Shown here: in pieces, positions 1 to 9,728 of the stretch
Position numbering within the stretch: the first letter of the stretch is position 1
Layout: each line of letters starts with the position of its first letter
The notes under the pieces: generated by a model
What the model was told of the DNA's origin: nothing
What the model saw: only the letters and a program-made list of their open reading frames with translations
Databases searched by the model: none
Source: a bacterium
GTDB lineage: Bacteria; Zhuqueibacterota; Zhuqueibacteria; Residuimicrobiales; Residuimicrobiaceae
Direction: 5' to 3'
Length of the DNA: 64,000 nt
NCBI GenBank assembly: GCA_035419245.1
Contig: DAOLSP010000001.1
Span: forward strand, 636,309-700,308
Position numbers and translations under genes: made by a program

Positions 1-1998
1 CGCTTTGGCGACTTGTCGAGTCATAACGTGCAATGCCTGTACAAAGATTTTACGAAAAACCAGTTGTGGGTAGGAACAGAACAGGGATTGGCTGTATTCG
101 ATGGAACAAATTGGGAATCTATTGGCATAAACGCGGCGCCAATAAGGAGTATTCGTGATATAAAAGGTGCCGGGGATGGAGACGTCTGGATCACCGGCGG
201 CCAGGTCGTCGGCATTCTTGATCCATTCTACGCCGGCCCAACTTACGCCAGTTATCGGAATGGTAATTGGCTGGCTGCACAATTTGACGAATTCAGCACG
301 CATGATAATCCCATTGGCCTTTGCCTGGAAATGACTCCTCCTATTGGCTTTTATTGCGGTACGACTCAAGGTCTTTACTATATTTTGCCGGATTCCTGGT
401 TAAAAACAGACATCTCTCCAAAAATTATGGATCTCGCCTATGATGATCAAAGTAATTCATACTGGGTCGGTTCGGACGCGGGACTTTATCAAATTTGTGA
501 TGGTAAAATAGAAAGGAAATTGGGCGACGGGTATTCTATCGCAAAAATCGCCTTTGAAAGCACCGATAAGTTGTGGCTTATTCAACGAGAGAGCACAAAC
601 CGTTTAATAAAATACGAAAAGGGGATTGTGTCACCTTTGAGTATTCAAGGCAGCGTGCATGATCTTTTAATAGATGCAGATAAAACCCTGTGGATCGGCA
701 CTGAAAATGGACTGTATAAAAAGACCGGCGAAAATCTTAAAAGCTACTCCTTTGCCAGCGGCTTGAAAAGCAACCGGATCAGGAATATTGAGGCTGGGCA
801 GGACGGAGCTTTATACTTTACCTTTGTCGATGGAAACTGGTCTTATGTGGGGCGTTTTGGATCGGGCACATGGTCGTACTCTGATGTAATGCCAGTCACG
901 GGCATGCCTAATAGTTTGCATGTCGATTTGCAGAACAGAATCTGGGCCATCCTCAACGGTTCGGCATATTACAATAAGGGCAGCGCCTGGATGCGCTTTA
1001 CAAGCGGAAACGATAATATCAGCAGCATGAGCGAAAACAGTGACGGCTATTTGTGGTTTGGCGGAAACAATCACGTGCTCTGTCGGGTAAGTGCTGATTT
1101 TCAGGCACGACAAGATTTTGGCGATAAAATCAGCATATATCCGACGCGATCAATCACAGCGATTTTGGAAGATGAGACTAAAAACGTTGTTTGGATGAAA
1201 CTCGATGAAAGTGGTGGGATTATCAGGCTGAATTTATCGGACTCTTCGACAGCGTATTGGGATCGTGATCATACCATCATACCGCCATCTGATGTGAAAG
1301 CTTTCCGAAGACATGCCGATGGGACAATTTGGGCTGCGTTTGGTACGGAGAATCAAGGTGGATTATATTATTTTCGAGATGATGAATGGACGAGAGCGCC
1401 GATTGATAAATGGGGGCTCGCAGCATCTTATATCAGCGATTTGGAGATAGATGATCTAGGCAGAATCTGGTTTACGATGTACGGCTTTAACTCAAGCGGC
1501 TCATATGGCGGCGGACTTGGAATGTATGATGGTGTGCAATGGCGGCAGTATAAAACCAGCAATTCGGGTCTTGTTAACAATTATGCTACGGGGCTTGCCA
1601 TCGATCAGAATGGAAAAATCTGGATTTCAACCCTCGGCGGCATCTCTTGCCTTACACTTGCCCAGAATGCTGCCTCCGTCGCGCAACAACCATCGACTAC
1701 TCCAGAGGCATTTCAATTGGGAGCGGCTTATCCTAATCCCTTCAACCCGTCCACCACCATCACCTTTGAAATTCCCCAAGACGGTTTTGTCAGCATAAAA
1801 ATCTACAACCTCGCCGGCCGCCTGGTGTGCACGCTGATGCAGGAGCAGAAAGTCGCGGGACGGCATTCGGTACAATGGAACGCCACGGATGAAAATGGAC
1901 AACGAGTTGCTGCGGGCGTTTATCTCTATCAAACCGAATTCACCGACGCGTTGGGCGAGACTATGGTGTTGATGAGGAAGATGAGTTTGGTGAAATGA
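1..1998 (+). CDS. Secreted beta-propeller protein with two-component-regulator-propeller (Reg_prop/Y_Y_Y-like) repeats and a C-terminal T9SS type-A sorting domain. It is 5'-partial: the frame is open from nt 1.
   Basis: Repeated 'LW(I/V)GT..GL..(F/Y)D...W' propeller blades. The C-terminal ~80 aa 'AYPNPFNPSTTITFEIP..GFVSIKIYNLAGRLV...GVYLYQ' matches the Por_Secre_tail / TIGR04183 sorting-domain pattern. No stop codon lies between nt 1 and the first listed codon at 13. Confidence 0.8.
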   Translation, partial: RFGDLSSHNVQCLYKDFTKNQLWVGTEQGLAVFDGTNWESIGINAAPIRSIRDIKGAGDGDVWITGGQVVGILDPFYAGPTYASYRNGNWLAAQFDEFSTHDNPIGLCLEMTPPIGFYCGTTQGLYYILPDSWLKTDISPKIMDLAYDDQSNSYWVGSDAGLYQICDGKIERKLGDGYSIAKIAFESTDKLWLIQRESTNRLIKYEKGIVSPLSIQGSVHDLLIDADKTLWIGTENGLYKKTGENLKSYSFASGLKSNRIRNIEAGQDGALYFTFVDGNWSYVGRFGSGTWSYSDVMPVTGMPNSLHVDLQNRIWAILNGSAYYNKGSAWMRFTSGNDNISSMSENSDGYLWFGGNNHVLCRVSADFQARQDFGDKISIYPTRSITAILEDETKNVVWMKLDESGGIIRLNLSDSSTAYWDRDHTIIPPSDVKAFRRHADGTIWAAFGTENQGGLYYFRDDEWTRAPIDKWGLAASYISDLEIDDLGRIWFTMYGFNSSGSYGGGLGMYDGVQWRQYKTSNSGLVNNYATGLAIDQNGKIWISTLGGISCLTLAQNAASVAQQPSTTPEAFQLGAAYPNPFNPSTTITFEIPQDGFVSIKIYNLAGRLVCTLMQEQKVAGRHSVQWNATDENGQRVAAGVYLYQTEFTDALGETMVLMRKMSLVK

Positions 1999-2573
1999 GC
2001 ATTATTGCCCTGTTTCTTCGAATAAATATGGGTCAATGCCAAAGTCGGGATTGCGTTTGGTGAAAACTTTTTCATTTATTTTGCTCAATGTGCCATTAAT
2101 GGCTCATGCGGCGCTAAGCTTATCGCGATACAATGCACCTATTTCTGCAATTTGTAGTGCGAGCAACACATCGAAAAATGCCCCGGATTTCTGTATCAAA
2201 AGTGACAGCTGATTGTGCCTTACAGTTTCTCAAATACCTTGAAAGCTAATGCCATAGTAGTATTCAAATTTACAATCAGCGATTGGTAGCACGGTATACC
2301 TATTTCGATTATTTAGCCAGCCACTGCCAGAGAGGATGGTAGAAGCTGAACGAGTTGCCGGCATTTCACATAAACGTGTACCACCACCTCAAATTGTATG
2401 CCGGCCCCCTCCCCCCCATGCCAATCGTCTAGCCGTTTTGCTAAAATGCTCCCGAATGTGACCGCATTGATGTGGATATCATGAAGTCGCCGGGGCTTCC
2501 GGCCTCCTCCCGCTAAAGTCCTTGCTAAAAGAGCCCGGATTCTTTAAGTTAAGCAGCAAAGGGGAGGTTGATC

Positions 2574-4199
2574 ATGAGATATTCAGTTTTGAACATGACC
2601 GTTTTGGTTCTGGTGCTGATTTCTGCAGGGCTTGCCGTCGGGGGAACGCCAAGAATCGTCACAGTGGGCCGGTCAGGTCTGCCACAATATGATTTCTACT
2701 CACTGCAGGCGGTGCACGACTGGCTGCAAAGCAAGTCTGGCAGCTTTGCGGGTCCGCTCACAATCCGGCTTTACAGCTCTGAGTACCCCGAAAAGACCCT
2801 GATTTGGACTCAATCCGGTCGGGAGGATGCGCCGATCACCATTCAGGGCGTGGGCCGGATTTTTTTGAGCGGCGAGCGTATCAAGAGTGACACCTACGGC
2901 AAGCCTGTGCTGGTTCTCTCCTGGGTCAGCTACATCACCTTGGAAAATATCGGATTCCGTAATTTTCCGGCACGCACGGAGAGCCGTGTAGCCCTGGAAA
3001 TAAGCGGCAAGGGGAAGAATACCATCCGCAACTGCCGCTTCAGCAAATTCTTTGGGCCCAAGAGCGAGGCAGCCATCTCGCTCTACAACAACTCCTCGGC
3101 GAACCTCATTGAAAAATGCCAGTTTGATTCCCTTGGCGATGATCTTTATATGCATGCCATTTATTTGAATAAAAACTGTGCTCACAATATAATCCGCGAA
3201 AATACAATCACCTTTTGCAGCGGTGAAGCCTTCATGGTCCGCAACAACTCCAATAATAACAGTTTTGATGATAACACCATTGTTCGCTGCGGCGGAGTGG
3301 CCTACTATGGCGAGTGGTATAATACCGATGTCAAGCCCGCAGAACTGCCCTCGCATGGCAACCGCATAACCGGGGCCAGGGGGACGGGGCCCTCTGTCCG
3401 CTCGGCCGGATATGCCAAACCGGGATATATCCGCAAAGTCAGGGCCCTGAATTGGTCCACCTATAAATGGCCCAACCATAACCAGGATTGGAGCGACACC
3501 ACTCGGGCTTATTATATGCCTGATGTCAGCAAGAACCGGCTTGTCACCGTTGCCGCTGATCTGGGCGTGGAGAGCAAAAAGGAAATCGATGCTACGCCGG
3601 GATATCTGCGATTCACCCAAGCCGCGATCTATCAGGCCCAGATCGAGCCCGAAGGTTCGATCGAGGGCGCCAGGCTGGAGCTGATCAGCTCGGATACCAC
3701 CAATCGTTGGGGTGGAAAGGAGAGCTATTTGCGGGAGGTTCGCATTCACGATACCTCCAATCGTCCGCGTCGCTACACCACCACGCTGCGGGTGCGGACC
3801 CTGGAAGGGGATATCATCGGCGAGCTTGTGCCCGTACGGCAGCTCACGGGAGTTGCAGTTAGTCCGCTGCTGGTCCCCCTGAAAGGTGCTGATCAATCTA
3901 TCACCTGCACCCTGAGCGCCCTGCAGGCGGATTATGATCTTTGCCTCTTGCCGGCGAGCAAATCCTTGAGTTTGGATAAATTAAAAGCCCATTTCGAGGA
4001 TGAGGATGGTGGACTCCAGTTTTTTGCAGATCATGCCTTGGTGAGCAGCCGCCTGCTGCAAAAAAGGGCGGTCAGCCGCAACAGCGGGAAGAGTGATGAA
4101 AAAATTACAGCCAAGCTCGAAGAAGGCAAGGAGTACACACTTGTCATCAGCCGCAAGCCCAACGTGCAGGGGAGTTGTCAGTGGTCGGCCAAACCCTGA
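2574..4199 (+). CDS. Secreted right-handed parallel beta-helix repeat protein (pectate-lyase-fold), candidate glycan hydrolase or lyase.
   Basis: N-terminal signal peptide (MRYSVLNMTVLVLVLISAGLAV). Repeated 'N..N/I' beta-helix rungs ('NNSSANLIEKCQFD', 'NIIRENTITFCSGEAFMVRNNSNNNSFDDNTIV'). GGGGAGG RBS 6 nt upstream of the ATG at 2574; the track's 2568 is an in-frame TTG. Confidence 0.65.
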   Translation: MRYSVLNMTVLVLVLISAGLAVGGTPRIVTVGRSGLPQYDFYSLQAVHDWLQSKSGSFAGPLTIRLYSSEYPEKTLIWTQSGREDAPITIQGVGRIFLSGERIKSDTYGKPVLVLSWVSYITLENIGFRNFPARTESRVALEISGKGKNTIRNCRFSKFFGPKSEAAISLYNNSSANLIEKCQFDSLGDDLYMHAIYLNKNCAHNIIRENTITFCSGEAFMVRNNSNNNSFDDNTIVRCGGVAYYGEWYNTDVKPAELPSHGNRITGARGTGPSVRSAGYAKPGYIRKVRALNWSTYKWPNHNQDWSDTTRAYYMPDVSKNRLVTVAADLGVESKKEIDATPGYLRFTQAAIYQAQIEPEGSIEGARLELISSDTTNRWGGKESYLREVRIHDTSNRPRRYTTTLRVRTLEGDIIGELVPVRQLTGVAVSPLLVPLKGADQSITCTLSALQADYDLCLLPASKSLSLDKLKAHFEDEDGGLQFFADHALVSSRLLQKRAVSRNSGKSDEKITAKLEEGKEYTLVISRKPNVQGSCQWSAKP

Positions 4200-4260
4200 G
4201 TTCCATTCAGGTGACCGGCAGCGGGCAGAGGTGACGAAGGGGTGCAGACTAAAATTTGAT

Positions 4261-4289
4261 TTGCGATATTGCTCTAAAAGTAGTAAAAT
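4261..4289 (+). promoter_or_regulatory. Putative sigma-70 promoter for the glycan locus: -35 TTGCGA, 17-nt spacer, -10 TAAAAT.
   Basis: TTGCGA at 4261-4266 and TAAAAT at 4284-4289. Lies in the AT-rich intergenic region about 50 nt upstream of the wzz ATG (4341). Confidence 0.35.
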
Positions 4290-4340
4290 TAGAATTAATA
4301 ATTTAAACCGGATACATCATTCGTCTTATTAGGGTCGGGC

Positions 4341-5603
4341 ATGCCGCAGAATGAGCTCAAGTTTGTAGACGTGTTAGTGATCCTTTCCAGGTGGAAAAAG
4401 TTCATCCTCCGTACAGTGTTTATCACCGGTGTGGTCGCCTTGCTGGTCAGTCTGATCTTGCCGCGTTGGTATTCCGGCAAAGCGACCATTTTGCCGCCCA
4501 CCGGTGACACCAGTGCCATGGGCATCTCAGCCCTTCTGAGCAATCTCCCCGTGAGCGGATTTGGGATGGGCGGCCTGAGTGCGCTCTCTCAGGAGACCAA
4601 CCTTTTTCTGGCCATTTTGAACAGCCGTTCCTTGTTATCCACCATCGTTGAAAAATTTGATCTGCAGAAACGCTACAAGACCCGGACCATGGAGGAGACG
4701 CTAAAGGCGCTTCAGGACAACATAACCATCATGGTCAACGAAGATGGCACGCTCTCCATCAGCGCCAGAGCCAGGACTCCCGTTTGGCCCGATAGCGGCA
4801 AGGTGATGGAAACCAAAAGGATGGCCCGGGATATGACCAATGCCATCGTCGATGAACTGGATGCCATCAACAAGCAGATCAAAACCGAACAGGCCCGCAA
4901 TACCCGTGTTTTCATTGAAAAGCGTTATCTCCAGAATTCGAGCGATCTCAAATCCGCCGAGGAAGCCCTCAAGGCCTTTCAAAAAGACAATCAGGCGATC
5001 TCGATACCTGACCAGACTCGGGCGACCATAACTGCAGCCGCGGAGCTCAAGGCACAGATTACCGCCAAAGAGATCGAGGCGGAACTGATGGCCAAATATC
5101 TCGGCAAAGGCCATATGGATTATGTCCGCATCGAAAACGAACTGCGGATTCTGCGCGGTAAATATCGCGAGCTCAAGTTCGGCGCCGGCACAAAAAGCCT
5201 GGCGGCGGGCGCCGGCGATGAGAAAGAGACGGATCTCTTCATCCCCGTTGATCGGGTTCCCGATCTGGGGCTGCGGTATGTCAGGCTCTATCGTGAAGTA
5301 ACCCTGCAAGAAAAAATCATGGAATTTCTTTTGCCGCAATATGAACAGGCCCGGATTCAGGAGGCCAAGGATACGCCGACGGTCCAGGTTCTCGACCGCG
5401 CGGTGCTGCCGGAAAGAAAATCCCGCCCGAAGCGGGCCTTTATCGTACTGCTGGCCGCCTTTTTTGCCCTGGCTCTGAGCGCGGTCTATGCCCTGACCGC
5501 CGACCGCCTGGAAGCCCTGCAAACCGCCGATGCACCGCGGTATCGTGAGCTGCAATCTTTCTGGAAAGGCCTGCGCAGTGATTGGCGTTTCTGGAAGCGT
5601 TAG
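4341..5603 (+). CDS. wzz: Polysaccharide chain-length determinant protein (Wzz/PCP family, no kinase domain).
   Basis: N-terminal 'VDVLVILSRWKKFIL...LILPRWYSGKATILPP' Wzz signature with a TM segment. Long coiled-coil periplasmic region. C-terminal TM 'AFIVLLAAFFALALSAVYAL'. Confidence 0.8.
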   Translation: MPQNELKFVDVLVILSRWKKFILRTVFITGVVALLVSLILPRWYSGKATILPPTGDTSAMGISALLSNLPVSGFGMGGLSALSQETNLFLAILNSRSLLSTIVEKFDLQKRYKTRTMEETLKALQDNITIMVNEDGTLSISARARTPVWPDSGKVMETKRMARDMTNAIVDELDAINKQIKTEQARNTRVFIEKRYLQNSSDLKSAEEALKAFQKDNQAISIPDQTRATITAAAELKAQITAKEIEAELMAKYLGKGHMDYVRIENELRILRGKYRELKFGAGTKSLAAGAGDEKETDLFIPVDRVPDLGLRYVRLYREVTLQEKIMEFLLPQYEQARIQEAKDTPTVQVLDRAVLPERKSRPKRAFIVLLAAFFALALSAVYALTADRLEALQTADAPRYRELQSFWKGLRSDWRFWKR

Positions 5604-5615
5604 CCCGGCCGTAAC

Positions 5616-7034
5616 GTGAAATTACGGAGTGAAATAAGGATACCGGTTGAAAAAAAGTCCCTTCCGGTTGTGGTTGTGATCGCCGGAACGGGAATTTTGC
5701 TGGCCGTGGCGGCTTTTCAGCTCTCTTTGGCCAAGATGGTATATCTGCTGATCGCGCTGGCCGGAGTTGCTTTTCTCTTCGCGAATCCCGATTGGACCCT
5801 GGCGCTCTTTTTTTCTTCTGCTTTGATCAAGGAGTGGCTTCTCCTTAATATCCCGTTTTTTGCCCAGTTTGATTTTACTCTCCTGATTTTCCTGCTTAAC
5901 GCTACCGCCCTCTTCTTCTTTCTCGTGCGCAAGGGATACCTCTTTGAGTTCAAGCTGCATTCCAGCATGCTGCCGCTCATTCTTTTTACAGCACTGATGA
6001 TTTTTTCGATCACCTATACGCCGTCATTTAAATATGGCAGTGCGAAAGCTTTCAGTTTTTTCCTTTTCAATTGGGCGCTTTTTCTTTCTCCCCTATTATT
6101 AATCCGCAATGAGCGCAGTGCCAGCCGTATGATCACCATTCTCGTCCTGTTGGCTACGGTTACTACTGCCTATACCCTGGTTACCCTGCTGCAGAGTCTC
6201 TTCAGCGGCTCCATTATCTACTCTTACCGGGCCTCTTTTCTGGGGGTCAATCCGATCAGTTTTGCGAATTGGATCGGGGCCATAGCCATCCTGCTGTTCG
6301 CCTATCTTCCCAACATCGGCAAGCGCTGGCATCGCTATGGCGCTTTTGCAGCATTGGGATTGCTGATCCTGGCCCTCTTTGCCGCCAACTCCCGCGGCCC
6401 CATGATCAGTTTTATCTTGAGCCTCGTCTTGTACGGGGCAATTCGATTTCGCAAAACCTCCAAACGCAAACTGGTGCAACTGGCTCTTGTGGTTCTCCTC
6501 TTTGTCGTCATAGCCCTCATCATCCTTCCGGAGCAGCTGACCAGCCGGTATACGGATCTGATCAGCCAGGAGGAAGGAAGCCAGAATTATGCCTATTTCA
6601 CGATCAATACCCGGCTGTTCGGCTGGAAAGCAGCCCTTGAGATGGCGACCGCCCATATTTATTCAGTGTTTTTTGGCGTGGGCAACGGCGGATTCAGCCA
6701 GGTCATCTACCGCCAGGATATTCGCTGGTATCCGCATAATATTTTCCTGGAGGTATTTTGCGAATTGGGATTGGCTGGTCTGGGGCTGCTGGTATGGCAT
6801 TTAAGTTCGATCTGGGGGGATATCCGGCGCTTCCTGCGCAAAAACCTTACTGATCGCAGCCGAACGCTCTTTTATGCGTTCTGTATGGCGGCTTTTTTTA
6901 ATTTTGTCAACGCGCAGTTCAGCGGCGATCTTAATGATAACCGGCGCTTATGGTTCTTTCTCGGTATGGTTGTGGCTCTGATGCAGGTGATTAAGGACAG
7001 GATTCCGGTGAAGGATAATGGAAGCAACGCGTAA
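5616..7034 (+). CDS. O-antigen ligase/polymerase family membrane protein (Wzy-like). Start uncertain; alternatives are TTG 5645 or ATG 5736.
   Basis: About 10-12 predicted TM helices. Central 'NSRGPMISFILSLVLYG' Wzy_C-like loop. Placed between wzz and wzx. Confidence 0.65.
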   Translation: MKLRSEIRIPVEKKSLPVVVVIAGTGILLAVAAFQLSLAKMVYLLIALAGVAFLFANPDWTLALFFSSALIKEWLLLNIPFFAQFDFTLLIFLLNATALFFFLVRKGYLFEFKLHSSMLPLILFTALMIFSITYTPSFKYGSAKAFSFFLFNWALFLSPLLLIRNERSASRMITILVLLATVTTAYTLVTLLQSLFSGSIIYSYRASFLGVNPISFANWIGAIAILLFAYLPNIGKRWHRYGAFAALGLLILALFAANSRGPMISFILSLVLYGAIRFRKTSKRKLVQLALVVLLFVVIALIILPEQLTSRYTDLISQEEGSQNYAYFTINTRLFGWKAALEMATAHIYSVFFGVGNGGFSQVIYRQDIRWYPHNIFLEVFCELGLAGLGLLVWHLSSIWGDIRRFLRKNLTDRSRTLFYAFCMAAFFNFVNAQFSGDLNDNRRLWFFLGMVVALMQVIKDRIPVKDNGSNA

Positions 7035-8484
7035 CCGCGTCATCAGCAATTCGCTTTTTATTTATGCCGGACGCGTTGTCAATCTGGCCTGCAATTTTTT
7101 TATCTTTGTTTTTCTGGCTAACTACCTGGGTGAAAACGCCTTCGGCCGTTTGTCCATCGCCATCGCCTATGTTGGCACTTTTGACATCATCGCCAATTTC
7201 GGCCTGAATCAGATCCTGGTGCGGGAGCTTGCGGGGGAGCGGTCGCTGCGCAGCCGGCTGCTGGGCAGTGGTTTGTTCGTAAAAGTAATCATCACCCTGC
7301 TGGCGGTTCTGGCCGCTCTGGCGGTGCTCCCTTTAATGGGTTATCCTGCCGAAACCATGTCCATCGTCTGGATCATTGCGATCAACCTTCTCATCTCCTC
7401 CAAGCTTTCTTCGACGCGCACGGTTTTTGAGAGCATTTTTCAAGCACAGCTGCGCATGGCCTTTCCAATTCTGTGCAACATGCTCGACAATCTGATTTTT
7501 GCCGCCCTGGTACTGTTATGTGCGCATTTTTTCCAGATCGGTCTGACCGGGATGGCGATCATTTATACGGTCTGTAATATTCCCGGCACGCTCTGGCTGA
7601 TCAGGCGTTTTTTGAAAATGAACGAGGTGGAGTGGCGCCCCGATTGGCCGCTGATTAAAGAACTGCTTCGTGAAGCACTCCCCCTGGCGGCCTATCTTTT
7701 CTTTTCCATTCTTACGACCAAAATCGACGTGTTGATGCTTTCATGGATGCGGGCAGAGGCTGAGGTGGGTCAGTATGCCGCTGCTACCCGTCTGGTCTAT
7801 CCCCTTTCCTTTCTATCGACCTCGCTGACTATATCACTTTTTCCGCTGCTATCAAAATATTATGAGCACAACACGGACAAGTTTGCTGAAATTGCGCGGC
7901 GGGGCACCCGCTATGTATGTATTATCGCCCTTCTGGTGAGTGGTGTCATGGCTTTTGCTGCTGGAAAGATCATCCGCACGCTCTATGTGCCGTCCTATGC
8001 CGCCTGTATTCCCGCCTTCCGGGTTTTGCTGCTCTCCCTGGGATTCAGTTTTCTGAATTTCTATTTTATCGACATTCTGATTTCGGCCCACCGGCAGAAA
8101 ATGGTCACTGCGGTTATGGCGCTTTCGTTTTTGGTCAATGTGCTGCTTAATCTCTGGTTGATCCCGCAAATGGGCATTCTAGGCGCCGGATACGCCAAGC
8201 TGGCGAGCGCAGGAGTGGCTACGTTCGCACTTCTTGCGGCACTCCATTTTCAGCTTAAAATTCGCCATCTTCTGGATTTTCCCCGTCTTGCCCTTCTGAC
8301 CGCTACTCTGGTGATGTCACTATGGCTGATGCAGGGGCTAAACTTGATATTTTATTTATGCTTTTCTTTTCTTATCTTTATGGCGTTATTGTGGGTTCTG
8401 GGAATTTTTACTTGTGAAGAAAAAGAATATTTTGTTAACTTGTTACGTAACAGGCCAAAATGGCGGAGAGGATGGAGGAACTAG
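7018..8484 (+). CDS. wzx: Polysaccharide flippase (Wzx, MOP/MATE superfamily).
   Basis: 12-14 TM helices. N-terminal 'NSLFIYAGRVVNLACNFFIFVFLANYLGENAFGRLSIA' typical of PST/Wzx. GAAGGA RBS before ATG 7018. Overlaps the preceding gene end. Confidence 0.8.
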   Translation: MEATRNRVISNSLFIYAGRVVNLACNFFIFVFLANYLGENAFGRLSIAIAYVGTFDIIANFGLNQILVRELAGERSLRSRLLGSGLFVKVIITLLAVLAALAVLPLMGYPAETMSIVWIIAINLLISSKLSSTRTVFESIFQAQLRMAFPILCNMLDNLIFAALVLLCAHFFQIGLTGMAIIYTVCNIPGTLWLIRRFLKMNEVEWRPDWPLIKELLREALPLAAYLFFSILTTKIDVLMLSWMRAEAEVGQYAAATRLVYPLSFLSTSLTISLFPLLSKYYEHNTDKFAEIARRGTRYVCIIALLVSGVMAFAAGKIIRTLYVPSYAACIPAFRVLLLSLGFSFLNFYFIDILISAHRQKMVTAVMALSFLVNVLLNLWLIPQMGILGAGYAKLASAGVATFALLAALHFQLKIRHLLDFPRLALLTATLVMSLWLMQGLNLIFYLCFSFLIFMALLWVLGIFTCEEKEYFVNLLRNRPKWRRGWRN

Positions 8485-8585
8485 GCGGCAGCCCGGCATG
8501 ACCAGTATCCCGGCATACGGGTTTGCCACTCTTGCGATGCACTTGGCGCATGAGCTCATTATTTCAGGAATCAGGAGAATCTTTT

Positions 8586-9692
8586 ATGAAAGTTAATTTT
8601 CTGGATTTGCAGGGCCAGTACCATTCCATCAAAAGCGAGATCGACAGTGCCATTCAGGAAGTTCTGGAAAAATGCGCATTTGCCGCCGGACCCTATGTAA
8701 AATCCTTCGAAGAACATTTCGCTATCGCCCACCAGGCCCGTTATTGCGCCGGCGTGAACTCTGGCACCGCTGCCCTGCATATCGCGTTGATGGCGCTTGA
8801 AATCGGGCGCGGAGATGAAGTGATCGTTCCGGCCAATACCTTTTTTGCCACGCCTGAGGCCGTAAGCCTCGCAGGGGCAACTCCCGTGTTTGTCGATCAT
8901 GAGCCGGAATACTTTAATATCGATCCCCATAAAATTGAAAAAGCCATTACGCCCCGGACCCGGGCGATCATTGCCGTTAACCTCTACGGCCAGCCAGCCC
9001 AGCTTGACAAGATCAAGGCGCTGGCTGAAAAGCATCACCTCCTGCTGATCGAGGATTGTGCGCAGTCGCATTTGGCATCTCTGAATGGCCGATCCACTGG
9101 CACCTTTGGCATCTGCGGCTGCTTCAGTTTTTACCCGGGCAAAAACCTCGGTGCCTATGGGGAAGGCGGCGCGGTGATCACGAATGATGAGGGGCTTTAT
9201 AAAAAGATCATGATGCTGCGCGATCATGGTTCTGCCCAGAAATACCATCATGATCTGATCGGCCATAATTACCGCCTTGAGGGGATTCAGGGCGCTATTC
9301 TCGATGTCAAACTGAAGCACCTGCCTCAATGGACCGAAACCCGGCGCCAGAATGCCGGGCTCTATCGCAAATATCTCGCGGCCATTCCTGAGGTGGCGGT
9401 TCCGCAAGAAATGCCAGGCGCCCGGCATGTCTATCATATTTTCTGCGTGCGCGTGCCGCGTCGCGATGAATTGATCAAGTATCTGGCCGAAAGACAGATT
9501 TATACCGGCATTCACTACCCCATTCCCTGCCATATGCAAAAAGCCTATGCGTCCTTGGGCTACAAGAGCGGTGATTTTCCGGTTAGCGAGCAATATGCCG
9601 GGCAGTTGCTGTCTTTGCCGATGTCGGAGATGTTGACGGAAGAACAAATCGTCTTCGTCAGTGCAACGATCAAAGAATTCTTTGCAGCCTGA
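8586..9692 (+). CDS. DegT/DnrJ/EryC1/StrS-family PLP-dependent sugar aminotransferase.
   Basis: 'MKVNFLDLQGQY...' start with AGGAGAA RBS. Class-V aminotransferase motifs and the lysine region 'FSFYPGKNLGAYGEGGAV'. The track's upstream extension to 8523 lacks an RBS. Confidence 0.88.
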   Translation: MKVNFLDLQGQYHSIKSEIDSAIQEVLEKCAFAAGPYVKSFEEHFAIAHQARYCAGVNSGTAALHIALMALEIGRGDEVIVPANTFFATPEAVSLAGATPVFVDHEPEYFNIDPHKIEKAITPRTRAIIAVNLYGQPAQLDKIKALAEKHHLLLIEDCAQSHLASLNGRSTGTFGICGCFSFYPGKNLGAYGEGGAVITNDEGLYKKIMMLRDHGSAQKYHHDLIGHNYRLEGIQGAILDVKLKHLPQWTETRRQNAGLYRKYLAAIPEVAVPQEMPGARHVYHIFCVRVPRRDELIKYLAERQIYTGIHYPIPCHMQKAYASLGYKSGDFPVSEQYAGQLLSLPMSEMLTEEQIVFVSATIKEFFAA

Positions 9693-9728
9693 GAGCTGTG
9701 TGTGGGCCAAAGCCCTGGGTGTCATTGA

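Noticed and set aside
2700-3896. Long antisense ORFs in the supplied track opposite confident genes: 2700..3896-, 4701..5555-, 8571..9725-, 14430..15329-, 16090..17049+, 17722..18726+, 18961..20067-, 22014..23186+, 25158..26684+, 33616..34821-, 47944..49248-, 50385..51587-, 51882..52994-, 56370..57323+, 57330..58442+, 61282..62259+.
   Set aside because: Each lies opposite a gene with clear family motifs. Their products are low-complexity G/A/R/P/E-rich with no signal peptides, RBS or domains. Long shadow ORFs are expected at about 62% GC.
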